IMG/VR virus record: IMGVR_UViG_3300042908_000680 | Span: 85,499-149,498 of that record | DNA length: 64,000 nt | From: a virus | Strand: one strand, 5' to 3' | Shown: one piece after another, positions 21,571-31,380 of the stretch | Numbering within the stretch: the stretch's first letter is position 1 | How the letters are laid out: each line of letters starts with the position of its first letter | Notes under the pieces: generated by a model | What the model was told of the DNA's origin: nothing | The model's database searches: none | What the model saw: only the letters and a program-made list of their open reading frames with translations | Position numbers and translations under genes: made by a program

Positions 21571-21852
21571 TCAGTAATTCCAGCACCTATGTCTGTGTCT
21601 TACGACCGGCATAGGTGTTGTTGTATAGTAAGGATATCCCCAATAAATTCTTTGATCAATAATTGGTTGAGGATAAACTACTATTGGCACAGGAACCGTA
21701 ACTATTAACTGCGGTGCTTGGTACACCATAGTTTGGATAACCACCGGTTGCTGAACAACAGGAACCGGTTGTGGTACAATGTAAACTGGATAATTAGCAA
21801 ATCCCTCATTTGATATCCCTATCAGCATAAATAGTATTGCTAAACATCTCAT
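21571..21852 (-). CDS. Small secreted Pro/Val/Tyr-rich protein
   Basis: Likely start is MRCLAILFMLIG (ATGA overlap with the upstream stop). A signal-peptide-like N-terminus is followed by PVPVVQQPVV low complexity and a basic C-terminus. Confidence 0.6.
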   Translation of the reverse strand: MRCLAILFMLIGISNEGFANYPVYIVPQPVPVVQQPVVIQTMVYQAPQLIVTVPVPIVVYPQPIIDQRIYWGYPYYTTTPMPVVRHRHRCWNY

Positions 21853-22184
21853 TCTGCCTTCTCCGTCTTTGGATTCCACTTGACCCAACCGTTATCGGAA
21901 AGCCAGTTACCTTCATTGTCCTTACGCTTTGGAAATAGACCGCCACCCTTCTTATGGACACCGAATGATAGTCTAGCACCACACTTCATACAGCGAAGTT
22001 CATAGTACTGGTTATCATCAACGGTACGAACCACAAATCGAATATCATCAGATCCACACTTGCCACATGTGGTTTCCTCAAATACTTCTTGGAATCTACT
22101 TAATTCATTAAATAGATCCTTCTGTGATTCACCTTCTATTTCTGCCTGTAGTCTGCCATTCTTTGTTGTATATAGAATCTTCAT
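21849..22184 (-). CDS. Zinc-ribbon protein
   Basis: CGKC...CMKC; 111 aa; coupled to both neighbours. Confidence 0.65.
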   Translation of the reverse strand: MKILYTTKNGRLQAEIEGESQKDLFNELSRFQEVFEETTCGKCGSDDIRFVVRTVDDNQYYELRCMKCGARLSFGVHKKGGGLFPKRKDNEGNWLSDNGWVKWNPKTEKAE

Positions 22185-22936
22185 TTACGCCACTCCTGTT
22201 TATAGCCTATAATATCTTGTGGAATTGAACTCTTATCACGCTGATAATCGTTTAGTGAATCAATAATTTCACTAGCGATCTTCTTAGAAACCTTCTTACC
22301 GCTATCAACACTAAAACGTGCAAATAGCTTTTCTCCATCAATATTGAGTTGCTTGCACTTTACATCAATAAAGTTGTATTGTGCATCACTCATTCTACTC
22401 TGATCGTCATACTCACCCTCACTAGCATTCTTAGTATTAGAAATATCCCTGACGATCTTTGCTGTATCCTTCTTAGTTAATTCTTCGGCAGCAACACCCT
22501 TAATCTTTAGTGCCTTACGCAAAGCTCTTGCTTCTGCTCTAGTGCTAGCAATAGCCACCGCAAAGGCACAGAACATATCATCAGTATTGCCCTCCCAAGA
22601 ATCTGCCACTTCTGCATATCTCATACCATTTGCAAATTCTACACTAAATATAACGGTTGCTCTACCGTGATGATCTTCTCTTTGAACTGGAAAGACCTGT
22701 GTTGGGCCACTAAACATAATTGGACCCAGCACAAGCTCTGCTACACGCCTCAAACCAGCAACCAGAGGATGACCATCAACCATCTCTGACTCAGTAAATA
22801 GAGTCATAGCATAATCGTGCCACTCTGGGGAAAGCATGGATGGAACATCTGACATTATAACGTCCTTAACTGATGTGTTTGTGTTACTAGGCGACGATAA
22901 TACTACTTCTTCAAAAATACTTTCAATATTGCTCAT
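22181..22936 (-). CDS. Putative single-strand annealing protein (Rad52/RecT-like)
   Basis: The motif AIASTRAEARALRKALKI..AAEEL resembles the conserved helix of SSAPs, and the protein has a small helical C-terminal domain. Confidence 0.45.
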   Translation of the reverse strand: MSNIESIFEEVVLSSPSNTNTSVKDVIMSDVPSMLSPEWHDYAMTLFTESEMVDGHPLVAGLRRVAELVLGPIMFSGPTQVFPVQREDHHGRATVIFSVEFANGMRYAEVADSWEGNTDDMFCAFAVAIASTRAEARALRKALKIKGVAAEELTKKDTAKIVRDISNTKNASEGEYDDQSRMSDAQYNFIDVKCKQLNIDGEKLFARFSVDSGKKVSKKIASEIIDSLNDYQRDKSSIPQDIIGYKQEWRK

Positions 22937-23700
22937 ATTTCAATCTCTATATACCTTTCTGATTTTGGAGGGAACGACTCCTTTATTTTACTCAAGCATT
23001 TCAAAATGTCAAGTCTCAACTTCTCCTTATCGGCTAAACAAACCGAGTCAGATAAGTTTTTTATTCTCAAAATAACCATCCCTTTGCTTAGGATAAGACC
23101 GCTCTTTTGAGTATCGGCTTTTATTTGCTTTTGAAGCTTCTCTTCTCCCCATATTGGCAAGAAGTGAGATGGGCCGTCTACTTCTATTATAGTCTTGATC
23201 GATGGAACGTACATGTCAAGTTCCATGTCATGATTTTGGATAAGGTGCTTTTTATGATATTCAACACTATATCCCGCTTTAGTTATTTCTTCATATAAAA
23301 ACTTCTCTAATTTAGATCCTTCCTTGCCAGCAATTTGAATACTCTTAATAGCAGCACTCATCATCTTGTCCTTTTCAACGTCTGATAATTCTTCCCATCT
23401 TTTCTTAGATTGGGATACTCTTGACTCATATATCTCGTCAGACATATCATCCCAATACTTTTTAAGTCCAGAACTAATCTTGAGTTTTTCTTCTTTAGTT
23501 CTTATTTTCCCACTAGTAGGATGAGTAGCTGTGCCGCTCTCTATAGCGTTCTTTTGTGCTTCGCTCTTAGTTTTAAGATTAACACCACTTTTGATAAGAA
23601 TACGTCTTATACGATTGGGATAAGTATTTAACTCTTCCGCAATCTCATAAGTACTCTTATGCTGTTTGGTATACATTGTTATTATTTGATTTGTGTTCAT
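22933..23700 (-). CDS. Free-standing homing-type endonuclease: HTH + NUMOD3-like repeats + DUF559/Vsr-like nuclease
   Basis: STYEIAEELNT HTH; RTKEEKLKISSGLKKYW NUMOD3-like segment; SKLE...ELDMYVP..IIEVDGPSH nuclease motif. Confidence 0.7.
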   Translation of the reverse strand: MNTNQIITMYTKQHKSTYEIAEELNTYPNRIRRILIKSGVNLKTKSEAQKNAIESGTATHPTSGKIRTKEEKLKISSGLKKYWDDMSDEIYESRVSQSKKRWEELSDVEKDKMMSAAIKSIQIAGKEGSKLEKFLYEEITKAGYSVEYHKKHLIQNHDMELDMYVPSIKTIIEVDGPSHFLPIWGEEKLQKQIKADTQKSGLILSKGMVILRIKNLSDSVCLADKEKLRLDILKCLSKIKESFPPKSERYIEIEI

Positions 23701-24145
23701 CTTTGCACTCCGATAATAGGTCTACGATATTTTCAAAATTTTCTGAGACTCCAACGGGCTTCTTGCCGGTTAGTCTATATATTTCTTTTTGGTCTTTTTC
23801 TGATCTACAAATAATTTTTACTTCGTTTCTTGTAGACATTACCAAGTTTAATACATTCTTTTCTTGTTGCCACCCATGATAATAAAATATGTTGATATTG
23901 TTTACTATGTTCAAAGCGGTGTTTAAGGCATTTAAAGATGTAACTACCAGATTACCATTAAAACTCCACAAATCTGTAGAGTTGAACATCCCACACCTTG
24001 TATTATTTGGATTAAAAGCGATGTCATCATAAAATATACTAATATCATGAACTAGTTTATTAGATATATTGTCATCTACTAATTTGCTTACACTATTGAG
24101 TTGTTCGGTGTCCATCAAGTTACTTATATATATTCCTAAATTCAT
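23657..24145 (-). CDS. Hypothetical protein (possible degenerate glycosyltransferase Rossmann half)
   Basis: 162 aa with an alpha/beta pattern; last gene of the glycosylation cluster. Confidence 0.5.
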   Translation of the reverse strand: MNLGIYISNLMDTEQLNSVSKLVDDNISNKLVHDISIFYDDIAFNPNNTRCGMFNSTDLWSFNGNLVVTSLNALNTALNIVNNINIFYYHGWQQEKNVLNLVMSTRNEVKIICRSEKDQKEIYRLTGKKPVGVSENFENIVDLLSECKDEHKSNNNNVYQTA

Positions 24146-24146
24146 A

Positions 24147-24869
24147 TTATTTTCCCCAAGAACATGTTAGATTTGAAAAAATATTGTTTCCCATATAATA
24201 ATGTCGCTCAAATCCAGCAGATTGTAGGAATGGATTGAGAGTTGAACCTATGTCTAAATAAGTGTGTTCGTCGCAATATTTTGTTAATTCGTGACATAGT
24301 ATATTACCAAAAGGACCACAACAAAACAAGAAAAGCACATTTTTTTCTGTTAGCTTAGATATCATTTCTTTAGCGGATGATATTGCGTCCCAATTATATG
24401 CCCAAGCATTATTCTCAACACGAAATACAACGTGTGGTCTAAATGGCAACCTCTCTATGTTAGCATTTTTATTACAAAATAATACTACTGGACGCTCCTT
24501 ATATAGAGGCAATATATTGCTTACATAATAATTGTAATTACTATTTACCCACAAGTTAGCCCAAGTCAAATGATCATCATCTTGACCAGAAAAATCATAC
24601 ATCTCATTAAATGTTTCAGTTCCCTGACAGCAAGGGCAGGATATTCCAACATAATAGTTGGGATGTTTATAATGAAATGAATCTATCAGTGCTTGTCTTT
24701 TGTTTTGATCTTCTGGATCGTCTGGATTAAACCAAAACTCACCATTGTTTATTGGTTTGTTTTGCATAACTGCCCATTCGCCATCAGCGTACTTTGAAAA
24801 GCTAAAGTTTTCTTCATTTAATAACTTTTCTCTAAAGAGCATTATATCCTGACGGAATATTTTTGTCAT
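24147..24869 (-). CDS. GT-D fold (DUF1792-like) glycosyltransferase
   Basis: FSFSKYADGE (consensus SxxRxGDGE) and LFCCGPFGNILCHEL...YLDIGS (consensus GPxxxxLxxxL...lDiG). Confidence 0.7.
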   Translation of the reverse strand: MTKIFRQDIMLFREKLLNEENFSFSKYADGEWAVMQNKPINNGEFWFNPDDPEDQNKRQALIDSFHYKHPNYYVGISCPCCQGTETFNEMYDFSGQDDDHLTWANLWVNSNYNYYVSNILPLYKERPVVLFCNKNANIERLPFRPHVVFRVENNAWAYNWDAISSAKEMISKLTEKNVLFLFCCGPFGNILCHELTKYCDEHTYLDIGSTLNPFLQSAGFERHYYMGNNIFSNLTCSWGK

Positions 24870-25861
24870 AATTTCTCCAATATCTCAAGTATCTTTTGAC
24901 TAGACTTTCCATCTCCATAGGGACATCTACTATTTACCAATTCCATTGTTATGGTGCTGAAAATCTCAAATAGCATATCTGGAAATGGACATAACCATGA
25001 AAATATATATTCCCCTTCAATTCGCTCCGTTGTTGTTCTACATACTATACATTTCTTTTTTAAGAATGAAGATTCCTCTTGTAACCCTCCGCTATCAGTT
25101 ATAACAAGTCCGCATCTAGACAAATAATTTTTACATTGTTCATGTGTTATTGGATCTATTACTTTGACATTTTTTAATATACTTTTATGTTTTTGTATTT
25201 CTGGATTAAGATGCATTGGGAAAACAAACTTAAGATTTGGATTATTAATTGCTAAGTCATTTATAGATTTAAACCATTTGTCCATTATTGGTAAGTTCTC
25301 TCGCCTGTGCATAGTAATAAAAACCAAATTGCTTATCGTCGGAACTACATCTAAAAGATTATCTAATACAGTGTTACCAATGACATAAGCTTTGCTATTA
25401 TTACTCATAACATGTCTTAAGTTTTCTTTAGACTGACTAGTTGGGCATAGGTGAATATCTGCCATAGCACCTATTGATATTCTATTAAATTCTTCTGGAT
25501 ATGGATTTTCTTTGTCCCAGCTTCTAAGTCCAGCCTCTAGGTGTATGATCTTTAATTTTCTATGGAATGAGGCCAAAGCTAAAGCAAATGCTGATGTTGT
25601 GTCACCTTGAACCATAACGTGGGTTATCTTATCTGTATATTTATCAATTTCTGATAGAATACTAGTTACTATAGAATCTAATCTATTAGTTCCATTGCTA
25701 ATATTTAAATATGAAACTTTATATTTTTTTACAGAATTATCTATCAAAGACCCGTGCTGCCCAGTGCATAGGATTTTAAATGGTATTTTCCCATTTATTT
25801 TTTCTATTACTGGCTTGATTTTTATCCACTCTGGACGAGTCCCAAATCCTATTAATATCAT
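24866..25861 (-). CDS. wecB: UDP-N-acetylglucosamine 2-epimerase (non-hydrolysing)
   Basis: GTRPEWIK, VQGDTTSA, HLEAGLRS, PYPEEFNR, TMHRREN, TDSGGLQEE, PYGDGKSS. Confidence 0.93.
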   Translation of the reverse strand: MILIGFGTRPEWIKIKPVIEKINGKIPFKILCTGQHGSLIDNSVKKYKVSYLNISNGTNRLDSIVTSILSEIDKYTDKITHVMVQGDTTSAFALALASFHRKLKIIHLEAGLRSWDKENPYPEEFNRISIGAMADIHLCPTSQSKENLRHVMSNNSKAYVIGNTVLDNLLDVVPTISNLVFITMHRRENLPIMDKWFKSINDLAINNPNLKFVFPMHLNPEIQKHKSILKNVKVIDPITHEQCKNYLSRCGLVITDSGGLQEESSFLKKKCIVCRTTTERIEGEYIFSWLCPFPDMLFEIFSTITMELVNSRCPYGDGKSSQKILEILEKL

Positions 25862-26598
25862 TCTGAATCCTTTGCTAATTCATATCCCTGAGAAAGCATA
25901 AAGTTCCAATAACTATTTGCCTGCATATGACCAGACGATGTTCTTGAAGTAGCAACCATGTCTTCACCATATTTGCTAGGATTCGTGGATGCCCATAAGT
26001 TTGGATCTTCTTCTGGCTGTGGTGGTATGTAAGAGTATAGTCCTAATCTTTTTTGCAAAACGTAGGAAAAGTGCATATCCTCACCTCCAGAAATAAGTTG
26101 AACATTTGGCATATCTAACCAATAAAATCTAAGCCAATCTTTTTCAAAGAACCATGAATGACCTATTATATCAACTCTTTTTATTTCTTTATTTCCCTTA
26201 CCAACGCCTTCGTATTTACAACCGGGATAATTAGCATAATCGCTATCAGTAAATCTTACTCCTCGACCACCTATTAATCCATTAGTGGTCTGAGACACAT
26301 TGAGACAATGTTCCACCCATTTCTTCCCCGGTATAGTATCATCATCAATCATACAAATATACTTAGTATTTGCATTCAAAGCAAAAGCAAATCTAGCCCA
26401 TACGCCAAGGTTCTCGTTACAAAAAGCAGTAGTGCATTGAGATAGAATTTCTGATGGAAATAGGTTGAATGTTTCCTCATTATAATTGCCCCAGAACATT
26501 ATTTGAATGTCTTTGTGAGTTTGATTCTTTATAGCATCATATTGCTCTCTCAAAGCCTGCGGTCTTCTATAACCGTTAAGTATGACTGTTACGCTCAT
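25858..26598 (-). CDS. GT-A fold glycosyltransferase (GT2/GT64-like)
   Basis: VTVILNGYRRP N-terminus, MIDDDTIPG DxD motif, GEDMHFS. Confidence 0.8.
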   Translation of the reverse strand: MSVTVILNGYRRPQALREQYDAIKNQTHKDIQIMFWGNYNEETFNLFPSEILSQCTTAFCNENLGVWARFAFALNANTKYICMIDDDTIPGKKWVEHCLNVSQTTNGLIGGRGVRFTDSDYANYPGCKYEGVGKGNKEIKRVDIIGHSWFFEKDWLRFYWLDMPNVQLISGGEDMHFSYVLQKRLGLYSYIPPQPEEDPNLWASTNPSKYGEDMVATSRTSSGHMQANSYWNFMLSQGYELAKDSE

Positions 26599-27404
26599 GA
26601 TTTGTTTATTTCATCCTCCATCTTATTGGCTAAATCTGATAAAGATAGTTGTGATAACAGCGACTTTACCCTGTGCAAACATGTATGTTTATTTTTAACA
26701 GAGGATAGTAGTTTTTGCCCTTTAAATATATTATCTATCTTATCTAAGTCATTGGAGTCTTTTGTATCGAATATAACCTTTGTTCCACTATATATAGCAT
26801 TAAAAGATAGCTGAGATCCAACATAAAGGCTATTTTTAAAAACTATCTCATCATAGTTATCAAAGATATTATTCAATAATGTAATGGGTAAAAACATATC
26901 GACATATTGTGACACTTCTTGGTTTATAGTTGCATAGTGGTATGTTCCATCAAGATCTACAATTTCTTCTTGCTTATTGACAAAAATTAATTTATTAATA
27001 GAGTACTGCTTGGTGTCATTTTTTAGAAAGGTGTCGGCTCCCGATAAGATCCTAAAATACTTAGCATTATCTACCTTGATGTCATTAAAACCAAAGAAAA
27101 TAGGTGTTATATTTTGTGATAATAGGGCAGAGCAAACGCCATTTATACTATCTAATTTAGTCCAATTTGTATTGATGACGGTCTGTACTTTCTTGTTATC
27201 ACTCAAGTAAGAAGCAATATCTTTGGTGATGTGAGCTAGGTGGGTTATAAAAATATCGGGGTTAACTGCATCAAAGTTGTCATATGCACTTTGATTATTG
27301 TTAAACATCTCAGAGCTTACACCCTCTAGCAAATTTAATCCACCATTGAAATAATAAGGCTCAGTATTCCAAGGGTTGCTGTAATTAGATATTAAAAATT
27401 TCAT
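26595..27404 (-). CDS. Hypothetical, degenerate CgeB/GT-B-like protein
   Basis: NPDIFITH, and a C-terminal KHTCLHRVKSLL resembling the CgeB 'HT..HR' helix. Confidence 0.45.
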   Translation of the reverse strand: MKFLISNYSNPWNTEPYYFNGGLNLLEGVSSEMFNNNQSAYDNFDAVNPDIFITHLAHITKDIASYLSDNKKVQTVINTNWTKLDSINGVCSALLSQNITPIFFGFNDIKVDNAKYFRILSGADTFLKNDTKQYSINKLIFVNKQEEIVDLDGTYHYATINQEVSQYVDMFLPITLLNNIFDNYDEIVFKNSLYVGSQLSFNAIYSGTKVIFDTKDSNDLDKIDNIFKGQKLLSSVKNKHTCLHRVKSLLSQLSLSDLANKMEDEINKS

Positions 27405-28155
27405 GGTTGTCCTTTATGTTATGATATGTCTTAATGTTGCTTATTTTATAAATTGGAAACTTGTTCTCTACGCAAAGAATTTCATATTTATTCTTTAAAA
27501 GATCGTTCATAGCCTCAAAGATAAACTTCTTTTTGCTCTCGTCATTATTTAAAAATTTTCTTATATTCTCTATTGCGTCTATTCCATTTATATATATTAG
27601 TTCCGACCAAGTTCTATAAGCACCAAATGAAAAGTGTTGTGCTTTGTTTTCAGAATTGATATTTATACCAACTTCTAAATTTTCAGACGGGTGTTTTTCT
27701 ATCAAAGCGCATATTTTACTCGTATCTATATTGATAAGAGTTTTCTTATGAATCAATAGGCTCCCGTCCAATATTAATATTTTGTCATTAAGAGTATTGT
27801 TTATAGCTAACCTAGCACCCTCACATGAGTTGCAAGAGTTAAATATTTGGTTTTCGACTAACCTTATATTTATGTTCTTATATTTTGATCTAACATATTT
27901 GTATATTTTTTCTGAATCAAATCCGACACATAGTATTATCTCGTAGTTTGAAAAAGTCTTTTTTATAGCATCTATTTGTAAATCGATCAGACATTTGTTG
28001 TTTATGCTAACTAATGACGTTGGACCATAAGACTTCATTCTATATCCCGGTAAGTCGCATAAAATGACTATGCTTATCAAGTCTGCTTGTACTTTATCTT
28101 CTTTTATTGGAACAGTTTTTATCTTGTTGTTCTTTTTTGTTCTTGTTTTAGACAT
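27385..28155 (-). CDS. Sugar/choline-phosphate nucleotidyltransferase-like protein (LicC/NTP_transferase fold), with a degenerate signature
   Basis: ISIVILCDLPGYRMKSYGPTSLVSIN..LIDLQI (cf. ILAAGxGxR...PKxL); IILCVGF; LILDGSL. Likely start is MSKTR. Confidence 0.65.
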   Translation of the reverse strand: MSKTRTKKNNKIKTVPIKEDKVQADLISIVILCDLPGYRMKSYGPTSLVSINNKCLIDLQIDAIKKTFSNYEIILCVGFDSEKIYKYVRSKYKNINIRLVENQIFNSCNSCEGARLAINNTLNDKILILDGSLLIHKKTLINIDTSKICALIEKHPSENLEVGININSENKAQHFSFGAYRTWSELIYINGIDAIENIRKFLNNDESKKKFIFEAMNDLLKNKYEILCVENKFPIYKISNIKTYHNIKDNHEIFNI

Positions 28156-28156
28156 C

Positions 28157-28891
28157 TTAAAGCTCAATGTATAAATTTTCTTTTTTAGCATCTTCTATCA
28201 TAATGGCAATATTATTTTCATATTCTGAATATAGATTTTGATATATAATTCTACAGGCTGTATTAGATATTGTGAGCTTATTATCATCCTTACACAAAAT
28301 AAATCTTTTTAGATCATCATTCACTAATTTATCAACACTAGTAATGAAATCAGAAAAATTATCTATGTTGTTTTTATTTAATATCAAGTGAAATGAATTC
28401 CTAGATTTTGATAGGAATGAATGTATATAATCTGTCTTGTCGAAGTAAACTGATAAGCTAGTATTAGGATAATTGGCATGAATACTTATTGTTTCTTCTT
28501 TTTGAGTTTTATCGCAAGTATAAGATTGAAAAAGAGATATTACGTATTTTTTTTGAGGATAATCTAATTTGCCAATTTCTTCTATAATTTTATCCCTATA
28601 CTGATTGTCTATATCATCACAATCTATTAATATATCAAAACTAAGACAAGACTCTTTCTTGGCTTTAGTTACGTCTTTTACCCCATCATTCCACTTTATA
28701 TTTCTATAGAGATTACATAGCCTATTTATTACATAAAACTCTTTTGAATCATCATAGGCTTCTATAACTAAATCTCCAAATTTGGAAACTCTGTTATCTT
28801 CACACCCAACCTGTGTGTTATCTTCGTAGATAGCAAATACACAATTTTTACAACTGGTTTGCTTAGTTGGATCGGGAGGCATGTAATTCAT
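28157..28891 (-). CDS. Hypothetical protein with Cys-rich N-terminus
   Basis: SCKNCVFA..VGC..RLCNLYR followed by an alpha/beta domain. Confidence 0.55.
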   Translation of the reverse strand: MNYMPPDPTKQTSCKNCVFAIYEDNTQVGCEDNRVSKFGDLVIEAYDDSKEFYVINRLCNLYRNIKWNDGVKDVTKAKKESCLSFDILIDCDDIDNQYRDKIIEEIGKLDYPQKKYVISLFQSYTCDKTQKEETISIHANYPNTSLSVYFDKTDYIHSFLSKSRNSFHLILNKNNIDNFSDFITSVDKLVNDDLKRFILCKDDNKLTISNTACRIIYQNLYSEYENNIAIMIEDAKKENLYIEL

Positions 28892-29279
28892 ATACTGATC
28901 CTTTCAAAGTAACTTTTTCTATGGCAAGACCTAAAGATGACAATTTATTGCACAATTCTTTAGAATCATATATACCATTTTTGCTAAAAACAACTTCATT
29001 ATATGTTTTTGCGTCTATAACTCTATTTATCAAATCTCTACTAATACAATTAACATCTATACCACTGATTACAACTTTGCCATTTCTTCTAAGAATACGC
29101 CTAACAGAATTTAATAGATTGTCTAGTGACTTATATGATACGCTCTCTATAGATCCTATCATTAATATTGATGATACCGAATTATCTGGAACATCTACAT
29201 TTAAAACTTCATTATCTAAAAATGCTGGATTGTATCCATCTATACAATCTTTTATGTCTGTTAATATCTGTAATTTCAT
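28863..29279 (-). CDS. Degenerate class I methyltransferase-fold protein
   Basis: VPDNSVSSIL..IE...RRILRRNGKVVI resembles the Methyltransf_11 core but lacks a GxG motif I. Confidence 0.5.
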   Translation of the reverse strand: MKLQILTDIKDCIDGYNPAFLDNEVLNVDVPDNSVSSILMIGSIESVSYKSLDNLLNSVRRILRRNGKVVISGIDVNCISRDLINRVIDAKTYNEVVFSKNGIYDSKELCNKLSSLGLAIEKVTLKGSVYELHASRSN

Positions 29280-30268
29280 GTGTTTGATACCTCGTATACA
29301 TTGTCAAATATTGAATTCCACGTACTAATAAACCCTTCCTCTGAAAACATGTCTATTATAGTTTGTCTGGCATTTTGCCCAAGAGTTTTTCTTACCCCCT
29401 CATCATTTATAATATGCTGTAAGTAGTATCTTAATTCTTTTTCGTCATTAGAAATATATCCATTTTCTCCATGTTTTATTATTTCTGGTATCATTCCGGT
29501 TGCTGTTGATACTACCGCACAACCACAAGCCATAGCCTCTAAAAGTGAGGTTGGTATTGGGCTTAACGTGGAACTATTAAAATATACTGAACAAGAATTA
29601 TATTCATCAACAAGTTCTTCGATTGATTTTGCTGGTTCTGATAGACCCTTAGTATCTCCTACAACTCGCGTTTCTAGACCACTTGTGACACGTTTCCACC
29701 CAGAGTAATTTAAGCAATAATCACGATTTATAAAATCATTGGCTACTGTTAGTATGGTTGGGTTTTTTGGTTTATCACTTGGGGCAAATGCTTTAGTATC
29801 TACCCCATGACTCACTATTATACCATCTACTCCCCAAGCTTTTCTAGAAAAATCTGATATAAATACATTTAAATCTCCACGCATATTACGCATTTGTTCT
29901 AATTGATCTTTGGAAATGGTTTGCGGTGTTGGCATAGTATGTTCTAAGCATATTATCGGAAGACTAAGTTGTTGATTTATATTCTCAGCTACTTGAAATT
30001 GTCCAAATTTACTTTGCACTAATATAAAATCATAATTTAAATAATCGCACAGCTGACCTTCTGGAAGTATATGATAATTTGACGGGACTTCAGTTTGTTC
30101 AGCGTTCCATTTTTTAGCATTATTGATATTTAATGAATAAAAATTATGCCCAGTTTTGCATAGTTCGCTTTCGTATCTTTCGTGAGTAGGAAAAGTGAGT
30201 ATATTATACTTTTCTGGCTTTTCCTTATTTGTTATACTAATTAGTCTGTCTACTGTATTATTGTACAT
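29276..30268 (-). CDS. Glycosyltransferase family 4
   Basis: HGVDTKAF, SPIPTSLLEAMACGCAVVST..GMIPEIIKHGENGY. Confidence 0.9.
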   Translation of the reverse strand: MYNNTVDRLISITNKEKPEKYNILTFPTHERYESELCKTGHNFYSLNINNAKKWNAEQTEVPSNYHILPEGQLCDYLNYDFILVQSKFGQFQVAENINQQLSLPIICLEHTMPTPQTISKDQLEQMRNMRGDLNVFISDFSRKAWGVDGIIVSHGVDTKAFAPSDKPKNPTILTVANDFINRDYCLNYSGWKRVTSGLETRVVGDTKGLSEPAKSIEELVDEYNSCSVYFNSSTLSPIPTSLLEAMACGCAVVSTATGMIPEIIKHGENGYISNDEKELRYYLQHIINDEGVRKTLGQNARQTIIDMFSEEGFISTWNSIFDNVYEVSNT

Positions 30269-31379
30269 CTAGCAATCCCCTCATTAGATTTCCTACATTT
30301 TCATATGAAAACTCTTCTGCGTCCTTAAGACCTCTGGTTCTATCAATTAAGTCTTTATTATCGTAATAGTATCTCATAGCAGATTTTACTTCTTCTTCGT
30401 CTGGAACAAACCAAGACTCTCTACCAGTAAATATATTATTGAAAGCTGGATCAGAATGTTCGCAAACTCCACTCACACCACTTATCAATGTGCCAGAACT
30501 CTTATCTTTTATAAATTCTTTTGGACCACCTTCGTTTCCACAGATTGGAGTTTTTCCAAAACACATAGCATCAAAAGCTGGTATTGACCAACCCTCACCG
30601 TGAGTTGTGTTAACTAAACAGTCACATGAATTATGTAGTGCGTCAATCTCTTCCGCTGTCATATCTTTTGGAATAATTATTTCTTCGTGATAATCTTCTA
30701 CTTTAGGATATATTCTTAAAGTTTTCTTGATTGAGTCGCAAATGTCTTTTACGTGTTTATTTAGTTCTGGTGGATGTATTCCAAACTTTTTGACCTTTAG
30801 TACTAGTGACGCTGGTTCGTATCTATGAAATTCACTATGAAAACATTTAATAATTGACTCTATATTCTTTCTCTCGTTTAAATCTGCTATATAATAAAAC
30901 TTAAATGTACTATTTTTCTCCCCAAAGTTTATTCTGGTACTAGTCTTATTTTTATATCTTGAGAGGTCAAATGCATATGGTACATATTTTAGGCAAGAAT
31001 TATCAAACCCGTCTTTTGTGAAGCTACTTATTAGAGTTTTATTTGGTAGCCATACTTCATCAACCAGCTTTAGACTAGATAGCCAGTTATTATATTTTAA
31101 TGTATTAGACTCACCTATATAACAAGCTATATTTTTCTTAAATTTTGAAGTCCCGACTATATGGTGAGGCAAAACGTGCTGTATACAAATGTCGATATTG
31201 TTTAGGGGTTTTTTTTCTAACTCCAAAATTCTATTTGGAATTTCAGCACTTTTAGATGTTAGCTTTATATTTCTACATGTAACATCAATACCGACTGAAT
31301 CCATAGCCAACATCAAATCTATGGCGGCTTTTGACCAACCGCTGCCTTCTTTATAATGTCCTATATAAAGTATTCTCAC
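30258..31379 (-). CDS. Glycosyltransferase family 4
   Basis: GTG start; ERKNIE, DCLVNTTHGEGWSIPAFDAMCFGKTPI...GGPKEF. Confidence 0.88.
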   Translation of the reverse strand: MRILYIGHYKEGSGWSKAAIDLMLAMDSVGIDVTCRNIKLTSKSAEIPNRILELEKKPLNNIDICIQHVLPHHIVGTSKFKKNIACYIGESNTLKYNNWLSSLKLVDEVWLPNKTLISSFTKDGFDNSCLKYVPYAFDLSRYKNKTSTRINFGEKNSTFKFYYIADLNERKNIESIIKCFHSEFHRYEPASLVLKVKKFGIHPPELNKHVKDICDSIKKTLRIYPKVEDYHEEIIIPKDMTAEEIDALHNSCDCLVNTTHGEGWSIPAFDAMCFGKTPICGNEGGPKEFIKDKSSGTLISGVSGVCEHSDPAFNNIFTGRESWFVPDEEEVKSAMRYYYDNKDLIDRTRGLKDAEEFSYENVGNLMRGLLDVQ

Positions 31380-31380
31380 T

